A DNA stretch of 64,000 nucleotides from a virus: the IMG/VR virus record IMGVR_UViG_3300027659_000015, positions 41,722 through 105,721 of that record; one strand, given 5' to 3'. The position numbers and the translations under genes were made by a program. A model generated the notes under the pieces. The model made no database searches, was not told the DNA's origin, and saw nothing but the letters and a program-made list of their open reading frames with translations. Below are positions 21,309-30,744 of the stretch, one piece after another. Numbering within the stretch: position 1 is the first letter of the stretch; every line of letters starts with the position of its first letter.

Positions 21309-24300
21309 ATGACTTTAAAAATTTCATCGACTAATATACAAGGTTCAACATTAGATGTACTGACGGCACCTGCAGCTATTGCTAATGCTGCCTTTGCAGC
21401 TGCTAATGTGGCATCCGCAGCAGCTAATACGGCTGCAGCTGCAGCAAATGTGGCAACCGCAACGGCAACATCAGCATTAACAGCAGCAAATACAGCAGTT
21501 GCTGCTGCTGCAAATAGTGCACCTAGAGTTTCCTTGATATCATATCCAGGAGATGATACTGCTGCTAATACAGGTGGTGGACAAACAATCACATTAACAG
21601 GAACAGGTTTCGCTTCTGGTGCCACAGTTCTTATCAACGGCACATATGCTGGGGTTGTATCGGTAGCAAACAGTACAAGTATGTCCTTTGCGGCTCCTAC
21701 TCAAAGTGCTGGTACATATACGTTGTATGTTATTAATACTGATGGAGGTACTGCTATCTCCATTCCAGGTATCAGTTATAGTGGTACACCAAATTGGACA
21801 ACTGCGGCTGGTAGTTTAGGAACAAGTTACGAAACTGCTGCCATTAGTAGTACACTAACAGCAACTGGTGATGCACCAATTACATATAGTTTATACTCAG
21901 GTACATTACCACCTGGAAGTTCATTGAATACATCTAGTGGTTTGTTATCAGGAACATCACAAGGTGTTGCAAGTTCAACCACTTATAATTTTACCATTCG
22001 TGCTACTGATGCACAAAATCAGGACACAGATAGAGCATTCAGTATAACACTCAGTCCAGATGTGGTTACATGGAGTTCTCCTTCAGACAACTCAACCACG
22101 ACTGCATATGAATATGCACCTATATCAAATGTAACAATGTCTGCCACATCGGCTGCTGGCAAATCAATTACATATACAGCGAATACTTTACCGACTGGTG
22201 TAACCATAACAGGTAATACAATTTCTGGAACACCTACAGTTGTTGCAAACACAAATACAAGATTAACAGCTAATGCAGCAACTACACTCAAAACAGCCAC
22301 AAAAGATATTAACTTTGTGGTTAATCCAGATGTAGTTACTTGGAGTTCACCTGCTGATGGAACTAGCACTGCGTTGTTCCAAGACCAAGCAATGTCAAAT
22401 GTAACATTGTCAGCAACATCAGCGGCTGGTAAAAGTATTACATATAGTGCGAATACTTTACCAACCGGAGTTACTATTACTGGTGCGGTAGTTAATGGAA
22501 CACCAACTACTGTGGGTACCACCAACAGTTTGATTACAGCAACAGCAACCACCACCAATCGTACTGCTACCAGAAACTTTACATGGGTAGTAAGTCTTGC
22601 TAATGATATATATTTTAAGAATACAACACTGTTATTAAACGGTGAAACAAGTGTAACACCATTCATTAGTGATATAAGCACAAATAGCTTTGGCTTAACT
22701 ATTCAGGGTGATACAAAACCTACATTGTTTAATCCATATCAAGGTGATGGGTATTATAGTAATTTCTTTGATGGTACTGGAGATTATTTAAGTGCTGGTT
22801 CTAATTCATCATTTGCCGTTGGCACAGGAGACTTTACTTTCCAAGCATGGGTTTATCCAACAGCATATACAAGCCCTGTATCGGCAATTTTTGATACTGG
22901 TAGCGCCGTAGCATCCGGTAGATTTTCTGTTGTTCTTTATTCGAGTGGGCTAGTCTATGTTGACAGCAATGCAAATCTACTTATATCAAGTTCAACGTTA
23001 CCGTTAAACAAATGGACACTTATTTCTATCATTAGAAGTAGCGGAACAATGACCATGTATTTTAATGGCACTAGTGTGGCTAGTGGAAGTATTGCAACCA
23101 ACTTTACTGAGACACAAAGCTATATTGGAAGAACAGTGGACGGCTACTATTTCAACGGTTACATTTCAAATTTGCGCTTGGTTAAAGGCACTGCACTTGC
23201 AAACACCGTACCAACCTCTCCGCTAACAGCAATAGCAAACACAAGTTTATTGACCTGTCAGAGTAATAGGTTAATTGATAACTCAACTAACAATTTTGCA
23301 ATCACTAAAGTAGGTGATACAACAATATCACCCAACATACCATTCACTGCAAACGCTAGTTACAGTACTTATGGTAGTACATACTTTGATGGTAGCGGGG
23401 ATTATTTAACTACTCCTATTACATCAAGCGGGCCGTTAGATTTTGGTAGTGGTAATTGGACAGTAGAAGCATGGGTAATGTACACTGGTGCCAGTTTAAC
23501 AGGAGGATATAGAAACTTTTTAACTTTCTGTAATGACTCTGGCTTACCCTATATACAAATTGGAACAAAAACAAGTAGTGGTTATGTTTTCGTACAAGAA
23601 GGAACACCAGCAACAGTACCTTGGAATGCTGAAGGAACTACGTTATTAACTTCAAACGTTTGGCATCATATTGCCGCAGTAAGAAACAGCAACAATATTT
23701 ACTTGTACTTGGATGGAGTATTACAGGGTTCGGTTGCATATAGTGGAACACATCAAACTTTTGCAAAAGTTCAAATCGGTTCGTTAAAGTATAGCGGATC
23801 TATTATACAAGATTGGACCGGGTATATTGCGGATGTTCGTATAGTTAAAGGTACAGCAGTCTATACATCAGCATTTACTCCACCTACAACACCATTAACC
23901 TCAATAGCAAACACAAGTTTACTAACACTACAATACAACGGTGGTGCTACTAATTCAGGTATTATAGATAATAGTAATTTCAACAACATTATCACAAGAT
24001 TTGGTAATACTAGTCAAGGCACATTTAGTCCATATAGTCCTACAGGTTGGAGTAATTACTTTGATGGTACTGGGGATTATCTAACCATTGCCGGAACAAG
24101 CACAGCCTGTGCGTTACCTGGTGATTTCACAATTGAATGTTGGTATTATCAAAATACTTCCTCAGCTTTATTTTACGGAACTATTTTTAGTACTACGGCT
24201 ACATATGCAACAACAAATAGTTTACGCATTTCAACCGGACAAAATAATAATACTATTCAAGTTGCTTCTGGCGGCAGCGCAGTTCTTAACGCCAGTGTAA

Positions 24301-26558
24301 CTTTTACTCCCTACACTTGGGTTCACCTTGCACTAGTAAGAAGTGGAACTACATTAACACTATACCAAAATGGAGTTTCTGTTGGTTCAGCTACAAATTC
24401 ACAATCATTTGTATCCGACACTTTTATTATTGGAGACACACAGGGGTCCGGAGCACCATATTGTTTTAACGGATATATGTCTAATTTCCGTGTAGTCAAA
24501 GGTACCGCAGTCTACACAACCGCATTCACCCCACCTACATCACCACTAACAGCAATAACAAACACGCAACTATTAACTTCTCAAAGTAATAGATTAATTG
24601 ATAATAGTCCGAACAATTTTACATTGGTAAAAGGCGGCGATGTTTCAGTTCAAGCCTTTAGTCCATTCGGTAGCGTAAGTGAAGCAACACCGTTGAGTTA
24701 TAGTAATTACTTTGCTGGTGGCGCATCAGATTATCTAACAGTAACTACTGGATCTAGTCAACTTAATTTACCTAGCGACTTTACAGTTGAATTGTGGTTT
24801 TATGAAACTAATACTACTCCAACAATACCTCGTTTTGCAGGATCAACGTCCGGTGGGTTTGCTTGTGGTATAAATGCGTATGATGGTAATGCAACTAGAA
24901 AACTAGACTGGCGAGCAACCGGTTCTGCACCAGTATATGGTGTAACTGCAATAACAACAAATGTTTGGCACCATGCCGCATATGTTAAATCTGGCTCTAC
25001 ATTTAGAATATTTTTAGATGGAGTATTAGAATATTATAATGGAAGTTATAGTACCACATTTACTAGTAGTGCAACATATATCGGCAGTGCAAATAGCGCA
25101 GATGCAGCTTATTCGTTTAGAGGTTACATTTCTAATTTCCGTGTTGTTAAAGGTACGGCTGTTTATACCACCGCCAGTACTACTGTAGGTGCAACAATAT
25201 TTACACCAGGTACCTCACCATTGACCGCTATAGCAAATACTGCATTATTAACTTGTCAATCTACTAGAATAATTGATAATAGTACCAATGCATTGACTAT
25301 GACAGGTACGGGAACCTACACAGTTAACCAGGTCAATCCATTCGGATACACTGCACAGAGTGCAACAAGTTATACCCCAAGTTTACATGGTGGTAGTGCA
25401 TACTTTGATGGTACTGGGGATTATATGCAAGCCCCGCTGACACCGTACAATTTTGCTCCTGCTGGTGATTTTACCATTGAGGCATGGGTATACTTGACCG
25501 GTGCGCTGGCCAGCGGCAATTATACAATTGCATCAAACTGGCCATCAGGATCAGTACCCGCCCAGACATTTCAATTTCAAGTAAACACATCAGGACGCCT
25601 GCTATTTTATGCCGGCATTGGAGACACACAAGTGCAAGTAGTAGGAACTTCAACACTTGTGTCAGTAAATGCATGGAATCATGTGGCAGTTTCTCGGTCA
25701 GGCGCAACCATTAGATTATTTGTAAATGGAACACAAGATTCAACCACTGTCAGCAATGCAGGTGCGCTAAACGTACAATCAACATCATATAAACTTGCAA
25801 TCGGTTGTCGCAATGATTCAGGTGGTTATGCATTTGGATGGAAAGGGTACATAACCGATTTCCGTTTTGTCGGCGGAACCGCAGTCTACACTTCAAACTT
25901 TTTACCACCAACACAAACATTAACAAACTACTCTACAAGTTATCCATCACAATTATTATTAAACTTTACTAACGGTGGTATAATAGATCAACATTCTACA
26001 AATGTACTAGAGACTGTGGGTAATGCACAATTAAGTACTGCGGTTAAGAAATATGGTAATGCTAGTATGTACTTTGATGGTTCTAGTAGAATAACAATAC
26101 CGGCGTCTCCGCAGTGGATATTTGAAACAGGGGACTTTACCGTTGAGTTTTGGATGAATACTGCGGACACTGGCGCAGGTTTAATAACTCCTGCAACTAC
26201 TGGCGCCGGATATTGGGCTTTGTTGATTTATGCAAGCACATTATATTGGCAAAATGCGTATAATTCTTCTAACTTAAAGACTGCATCATTATCTGGTTAT
26301 TTGAACAATACCTGGGCTCATATTGCTATTGTTAGATATTCTGGTAATTTGTATTTTTATTTTAACGGCACTGCACAAGGTAGTGCTACGGCAGATTCAA
26401 CCAATTATAGCGGCGCTGTAAATACATTAACTATTGGATACGATCCACAGGGTAATGGATACTATGCTGGTTATATAGACGACCTAAGAATCACTAAAGG
26501 ATACGCCCGTTACACAAGTAACTTCACCGCCCCAACAAGTGCGTTGATAACCAAGTAA
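21309..26558 (+). CDS. large adhesin: IPT/Ig-like N-terminal domains plus six LamG-like domains (paralog B)
   Basis: Same architecture as 16146..21260; near-identical linkers, divergent LamG cores. Confidence 0.85.
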   Translation: MTLKISSTNIQGSTLDVLTAPAAIANAAFAAANVASAAANTAAAAANVATATATSALTAANTAVAAAANSAPRVSLISYPGDDTAANTGGGQTITLTGTGFASGATVLINGTYAGVVSVANSTSMSFAAPTQSAGTYTLYVINTDGGTAISIPGISYSGTPNWTTAAGSLGTSYETAAISSTLTATGDAPITYSLYSGTLPPGSSLNTSSGLLSGTSQGVASSTTYNFTIRATDAQNQDTDRAFSITLSPDVVTWSSPSDNSTTTAYEYAPISNVTMSATSAAGKSITYTANTLPTGVTITGNTISGTPTVVANTNTRLTANAATTLKTATKDINFVVNPDVVTWSSPADGTSTALFQDQAMSNVTLSATSAAGKSITYSANTLPTGVTITGAVVNGTPTTVGTTNSLITATATTTNRTATRNFTWVVSLANDIYFKNTTLLLNGETSVTPFISDISTNSFGLTIQGDTKPTLFNPYQGDGYYSNFFDGTGDYLSAGSNSSFAVGTGDFTFQAWVYPTAYTSPVSAIFDTGSAVASGRFSVVLYSSGLVYVDSNANLLISSSTLPLNKWTLISIIRSSGTMTMYFNGTSVASGSIATNFTETQSYIGRTVDGYYFNGYISNLRLVKGTALANTVPTSPLTAIANTSLLTCQSNRLIDNSTNNFAITKVGDTTISPNIPFTANASYSTYGSTYFDGSGDYLTTPITSSGPLDFGSGNWTVEAWVMYTGASLTGGYRNFLTFCNDSGLPYIQIGTKTSSGYVFVQEGTPATVPWNAEGTTLLTSNVWHHIAAVRNSNNIYLYLDGVLQGSVAYSGTHQTFAKVQIGSLKYSGSIIQDWTGYIADVRIVKGTAVYTSAFTPPTTPLTSIANTSLLTLQYNGGATNSGIIDNSNFNNIITRFGNTSQGTFSPYSPTGWSNYFDGTGDYLTIAGTSTACALPGDFTIECWYYQNTSSALFYGTIFSTTATYATTNSLRISTGQNNNTIQVASGGSAVLNASVTFTPYTWVHLALVRSGTTLTLYQNGVSVGSATNSQSFVSDTFIIGDTQGSGAPYCFNGYMSNFRVVKGTAVYTTAFTPPTSPLTAITNTQLLTSQSNRLIDNSPNNFTLVKGGDVSVQAFSPFGSVSEATPLSYSNYFAGGASDYLTVTTGSSQLNLPSDFTVELWFYETNTTPTIPRFAGSTSGGFACGINAYDGNATRKLDWRATGSAPVYGVTAITTNVWHHAAYVKSGSTFRIFLDGVLEYYNGSYSTTFTSSATYIGSANSADAAYSFRGYISNFRVVKGTAVYTTASTTVGATIFTPGTSPLTAIANTALLTCQSTRIIDNSTNALTMTGTGTYTVNQVNPFGYTAQSATSYTPSLHGGSAYFDGTGDYMQAPLTPYNFAPAGDFTIEAWVYLTGALASGNYTIASNWPSGSVPAQTFQFQVNTSGRLLFYAGIGDTQVQVVGTSTLVSVNAWNHVAVSRSGATIRLFVNGTQDSTTVSNAGALNVQSTSYKLAIGCRNDSGGYAFGWKGYITDFRFVGGTAVYTSNFLPPTQTLTNYSTSYPSQLLLNFTNGGIIDQHSTNVLETVGNAQLSTAVKKYGNASMYFDGSSRITIPASPQWIFETGDFTVEFWMNTADTGAGLITPATTGAGYWALLIYASTLYWQNAYNSSNLKTASLSGYLNNTWAHIAIVRYSGNLYFYFNGTAQGSATADSTNYSGAVNTLTIGYDPQGNGYYAGYIDDLRITKGYARYTSNFTAPTSALITK

Positions 26559-26576
26559 TACATCTATCATAAATAT
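26487..26576 (+). repeat. 90-bp exact direct repeat, copy 2
   Basis: Identical to 21189-21278; includes CATAAATA at 26568-26575. Confidence 0.95.
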
Positions 26577-26598
26577 GGAATAATAACCAAAAAGAAAC

Positions 26599-29346
26599 AT
26601 GTCATTATTAAAGATAAAACCATTTGTTATAGATGATACAACAGCAAGTGATGCTTTTGTAAAAGCTAATGGTGCGTTTGGCACGGCCAACTCAGCTGCC
26701 TTATATGCTAACGCTGCCTTCACAGCAGCCAATAATGCTTCTGATTCATGGGTTCGTAATCAAGCGAATGGTGCCTTCATACAAGCTAACGCTGCCTTTA
26801 CAGCAGCCAATAATGCTTCTGATTCATGGGTTCGTAATCAAGCCAACTTGGCATTTGGTACTGCAAACTCCGGTTCATCTTACGCCAATTCAGCATTCAC
26901 AGCAGCCAATACTGCTGATGGTAAAGCAGTCACGGCTGGTTCATATGCTAACTCAGCATTTGGTACGGCTAACTCAGCAGCTCTATATGCTAACGCTGCC
27001 TTCTTGGCAGCAAACAATGCTCTAGATTCGTGGGTCAGAGGTCAAGCTAATGCTGCTTTTGGTACAGCCAATTCTGGTGCTTCATATGCCAATTCAGCAT
27101 TCACAGCAGCTAACACAGCAGATGGTAAGGCAGTCACGGCTGGTTCATATGCCAATTCAGCATTCACAGCAGCTAACACAGCAGATGGCAAGGCAGTAAC
27201 ATCCGGTAGTTATGCCAATTCAGCATTTGGTACGGCCAATTCTGCTGCGTCATATGCTAACGCTGCGTTTACAGCAGCTAACTCAAAATTCAATTCATCT
27301 GGTGGTACAATCTCAGGTGATACAGTTGTTACAGGTAACTTAACAGTAACAGGTACAAGATTCTACGCCAATACAATCAATTCAACTGTTCAAGATAACA
27401 TCATTACATTAAATTCTAATGTAACAGGTGTACCAACACAAGATGCTGGTATAGAAATCAACCGTGGCAGTTCAACAAACACATCCATTGTATGGAAAGA
27501 GTCGGTAAAATCGTGGCAGTTCACTAATGATGGCACAAACTATAGTAACATAGCAGCTTCATCAGCGGAGTCATATGCTAACTCAGCATTTACAGCAGCC
27601 AATACGGCTGATGGTAAAGCAACAAGTTCTGGTAGTTATGCCAACTCAGCATTTGGTACGGCCAACTCAGCAGCTCTGTATGCTAATGCGGCCTTTACTG
27701 CCGCTAATACGGCTGATGGTAAGGCAGTAACGGCAGGTACATATGCCAATGGTGCCTTCATACAAGCTAATGCGGCCTTTACAGCAGCCAATAATGCTTC
27801 GGATTCTTGGGTAAGAAACCAAGCCAATGCATCGTTTGGTACTGCCAATTCGGCTGCTCTATATGCTAATGCAGCCTTTATTCAGGCTAACGCAGCATAT
27901 AATACAGCCAATTCCGGTTCTTTATATGCTAATGGTGCCTTCTTACAAGCTAATGCAGCATTCACTGCAGCCAATAATGCTTCAGATTCTTGGGTTAGAA
28001 ATCAGGCCAATGCAGCATTCTTACAAGCTAACGCAGCATACACTATAGCCACTCTAGGATCCGCAGCAATTGTAACAAGAACATATACGGGGAATGGCGC
28101 AACAACAAATTATACTATTACTACCGGATCAACCGTAGATAATGTTTTGGTAACAGAAAATGGTGTGTTACAAACACCAACAATAGATTATACAATATCT
28201 GGTACAACACTCGCATTTGTTGTTGCACCAATAAATAATGTGAAGATTCAAATCAGAGAACTTCTAATACCTAGTGGTAGCCAATCTAGTAATACAGCCA
28301 ATATTGCTTTTGATACGGCCAATGCAGCATTTATAAGAGCAAATAATTCTTTAAATGTACAATCTGGTGGTACAATTACAGGCAATCTTACGATTGCTGG
28401 TAACTTCCTTCCTTCGGCAAACATAACATACAATTTAGGTTCAAGCACAGCCAGATGGAAAGACTTATATCTTTCAGGTAATACAATTGACCTTGGTGGT
28501 GCACAGATTAAAAATGATGCTAACACAGGTAGTTTTGTGTTCGTTCCAATTGCATCAGCGAATACACCAAATCCAACAGCATTATTCATTAGTTCTACTG
28601 GTTCTATAACAACAGTACAAACTACTGGTGGTGTAATTAGTGATGCCAATTTGACTCTAGCGGCAGCAAATACAGCTAATACAGTACCAACCGATGTATC
28701 TATAAATTTGGCATTTATTCAAGCTAATGCAGCATTCTTACAAGCTAATGCAGCATACACGGCAGCAAATAGTGCTAGTAGTGCCGGCAATCAACTTTAT
28801 TATAATTCATTTACTGGTGATGGTACAACAACAGGATTTACATTAACAGCTGCTCCATTGGATAGTACTTACACAATTGTTAATATTGATGGTGTATTTC
28901 AATTAAAATCTGCTTATACGCTTTCTGGAAATACTATTACATTTACTGCTGCACCAACCAACAGTTCAAAAATAGATGTAACATCTTTTGCAAACATAAC
29001 ACTAAATACAACGATTGATACGGTCGCTAGACAAACAGGTGCTTCGGCATTCCTAGCAGCCAATACACCACAAGAGATTGCTAATTCGGCAGCATTGTAT
29101 GCTAACGCAGCATTCATTCAAGCCAATGCAGCATTCACGGCAGCCAACAATGCTTCTGATTCTTGGGTTCGCAATCAAGCTAATGCTTCCTTTATACAAG
29201 CAAACGCTGTATTCACACAATCAAATACTTATGTTTGGCCAGCTGCTAACTCAGCAGGTGTATATGCTAATGCGGCCTTCGCAAAAGCAAATACTGCGTT
29301 AACATTGGGTAAATCTATAGCAATGGCAATAATATTCGGAGGATAA
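26599..29346 (+). CDS. tail fibre/stalk protein with Ala/Asn repeats
   Basis: ANAAFTAANNASDSWVRNQ repeats; shares the GGTISGD...DAGIE.NRG...WQFTNDGTNYSNI domain with 12166..16146; ends GKSIAMAIIFGG. Confidence 0.8.
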   Translation: MSLLKIKPFVIDDTTASDAFVKANGAFGTANSAALYANAAFTAANNASDSWVRNQANGAFIQANAAFTAANNASDSWVRNQANLAFGTANSGSSYANSAFTAANTADGKAVTAGSYANSAFGTANSAALYANAAFLAANNALDSWVRGQANAAFGTANSGASYANSAFTAANTADGKAVTAGSYANSAFTAANTADGKAVTSGSYANSAFGTANSAASYANAAFTAANSKFNSSGGTISGDTVVTGNLTVTGTRFYANTINSTVQDNIITLNSNVTGVPTQDAGIEINRGSSTNTSIVWKESVKSWQFTNDGTNYSNIAASSAESYANSAFTAANTADGKATSSGSYANSAFGTANSAALYANAAFTAANTADGKAVTAGTYANGAFIQANAAFTAANNASDSWVRNQANASFGTANSAALYANAAFIQANAAYNTANSGSLYANGAFLQANAAFTAANNASDSWVRNQANAAFLQANAAYTIATLGSAAIVTRTYTGNGATTNYTITTGSTVDNVLVTENGVLQTPTIDYTISGTTLAFVVAPINNVKIQIRELLIPSGSQSSNTANIAFDTANAAFIRANNSLNVQSGGTITGNLTIAGNFLPSANITYNLGSSTARWKDLYLSGNTIDLGGAQIKNDANTGSFVFVPIASANTPNPTALFISSTGSITTVQTTGGVISDANLTLAAANTANTVPTDVSINLAFIQANAAFLQANAAYTAANSASSAGNQLYYNSFTGDGTTTGFTLTAAPLDSTYTIVNIDGVFQLKSAYTLSGNTITFTAAPTNSSKIDVTSFANITLNTTIDTVARQTGASAFLAANTPQEIANSAALYANAAFIQANAAFTAANNASDSWVRNQANASFIQANAVFTQSNTYVWPAANSAGVYANAAFAKANTALTLGKSIAMAIIFGG

Positions 29347-29347
29347 A

Positions 29348-29704
29348 ATGGCAGCACCAAATATGGTAAACATAACATCAGTAACAGGAAAAACGGCAGT
29401 GGCCGGTTTGACTACAATAACGAGTAATGTTATTACAAATAGTTCAGGTAGCAGTACAGTCAACAAACTTAATAATGTAATTTTAAGTAATTATACCACA
29501 TCAACTGTTACAGCGAATGTAATAATTAATCGTACTTCTGTTCTTTATTATCTAGCTGGTACCGTAAGTATACCTTCAAATTCAACATTGGTATTATTAG
29601 GCAAAGATACAAGTGTATACTTAGAAGAAGGTGATGTAATACAAGCAAATGCATCAGCAAATTCTTCTGTTAATTTTACTGCAAGTTATGAGTTGATAAG
29701 TTAA
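29348..29704 (+). CDS. small fibre adaptor protein
   Basis: MAAPN.VN...TGKT ... YLA.T.S.P..STLV....TS.YLEEGD...A....S......SYE.I. Confidence 0.7.
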   Translation: MAAPNMVNITSVTGKTAVAGLTTITSNVITNSSGSSTVNKLNNVILSNYTTSTVTANVIINRTSVLYYLAGTVSIPSNSTLVLLGKDTSVYLEEGDVIQANASANSSVNFTASYELIS

Positions 29705-29705
29705 A

Positions 29706-30716
29706 ATGAGAACAAGAAGCAATTACGGTGTCATTGGTCAAACTCAATCTTTGACCATAAATTCTACGGGCGGTGTTTATTCGGCCGATGACCAAAGAGT
29801 TGCTAAATCTGGTATTAATTGGCCAGGAGTTATCGGGTGGATAAATTATTATACACCAGGTACATATACATTTACGGTACCTTCAGCAGTGACTACAATT
29901 TCTGGAATGGCAGTTGGTGGTGGAGGTGCTGGTGATGACGGTGTGAACGGTGACGGCGGCGGTGGCGGCGGGTCAGGCGGATCATCCGGTTATTTTAGTA
30001 ATCTTACAGTAACTCCCGGATCAACTATTACTATAGTTGTTGGAAACGGTGGACCAGCAACTACTTTAAAGAGTACTAATGCACCTGCTGGTAATTCAAG
30101 TTCAATCACATATGGTACATTTTATTTAACTGCTTATGGTGGTCCAGGTGGAATATGTTATTCTGGTGGAGCTGCTGCGGCACCACCTGCGCCGCTGTTT
30201 GGGAATATTCCAGTAGGAGTAACTACTGGCGGTTATGCGGGTGGTAGTGGAGGCGCTGCATATAACGGCGGCGGTGCCGGCGGTGGCGCAGGTGGATTAG
30301 CTGGTGTTGGTGGAAATGGCGGTGGTCAAGTAGGTGGTGCAGGCGGTGCTGGAACAGGTGGAGGAGGTGGCGGCGGATCAACTGCCACCGGAGGAAGTGG
30401 TGGTGCTGGTAGCACTAATAATGGTTTTACTTCTGGCGCAGGCGGCGCTGGAACATCCGATGTAACTGGTGGCGGAGGAGGAGGATGCGTTACATATAGT
30501 AATACCTATACAACTACTTCTGGTGCAGCTGGAAATGGTTTGACAGTTTTAGGTTCAAAAGGCGGCGATGGTGGATTTCCTGGCGGTGGCGGCGGTGGGT
30601 CTTTTGATAATAATACTGGTTTAGCCAGTGCCGGCGGGAATGGTTTTGTGCGTTTGATATGGGGATCAAATGGTAATGGAGCTAGAATATTCCCAACAAA
30701 TGCTGGAGATGTTTAA
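29706..30716 (+). CDS. glycine-rich adhesin (polyglycine, gp38-like tip analogue)
   Basis: PGTYTFTVP..VT.I...AVGGGG.G start; many GGGGG runs; G.GG.G.VR.IW end. Confidence 0.7.
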   Translation: MRTRSNYGVIGQTQSLTINSTGGVYSADDQRVAKSGINWPGVIGWINYYTPGTYTFTVPSAVTTISGMAVGGGGAGDDGVNGDGGGGGGSGGSSGYFSNLTVTPGSTITIVVGNGGPATTLKSTNAPAGNSSSITYGTFYLTAYGGPGGICYSGGAAAAPPAPLFGNIPVGVTTGGYAGGSGGAAYNGGGAGGGAGGLAGVGGNGGGQVGGAGGAGTGGGGGGGSTATGGSGGAGSTNNGFTSGAGGAGTSDVTGGGGGGCVTYSNTYTTTSGAAGNGLTVLGSKGGDGGFPGGGGGGSFDNNTGLASAGGNGFVRLIWGSNGNGARIFPTNAGDV

Positions 30717-30744
30717 ATACAAACAATGATAACAAAAGTAACAA

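Noticed and set aside
21189-26576. Possible diversity-generating retroelement (TR/VR pair at adhesin 3' ends; Mtd_N-like domains nearby)
   Set aside because: The two copies are identical with no adenine-specific mismatches, both are coding gene ends, and no reverse transcriptase is in the window.
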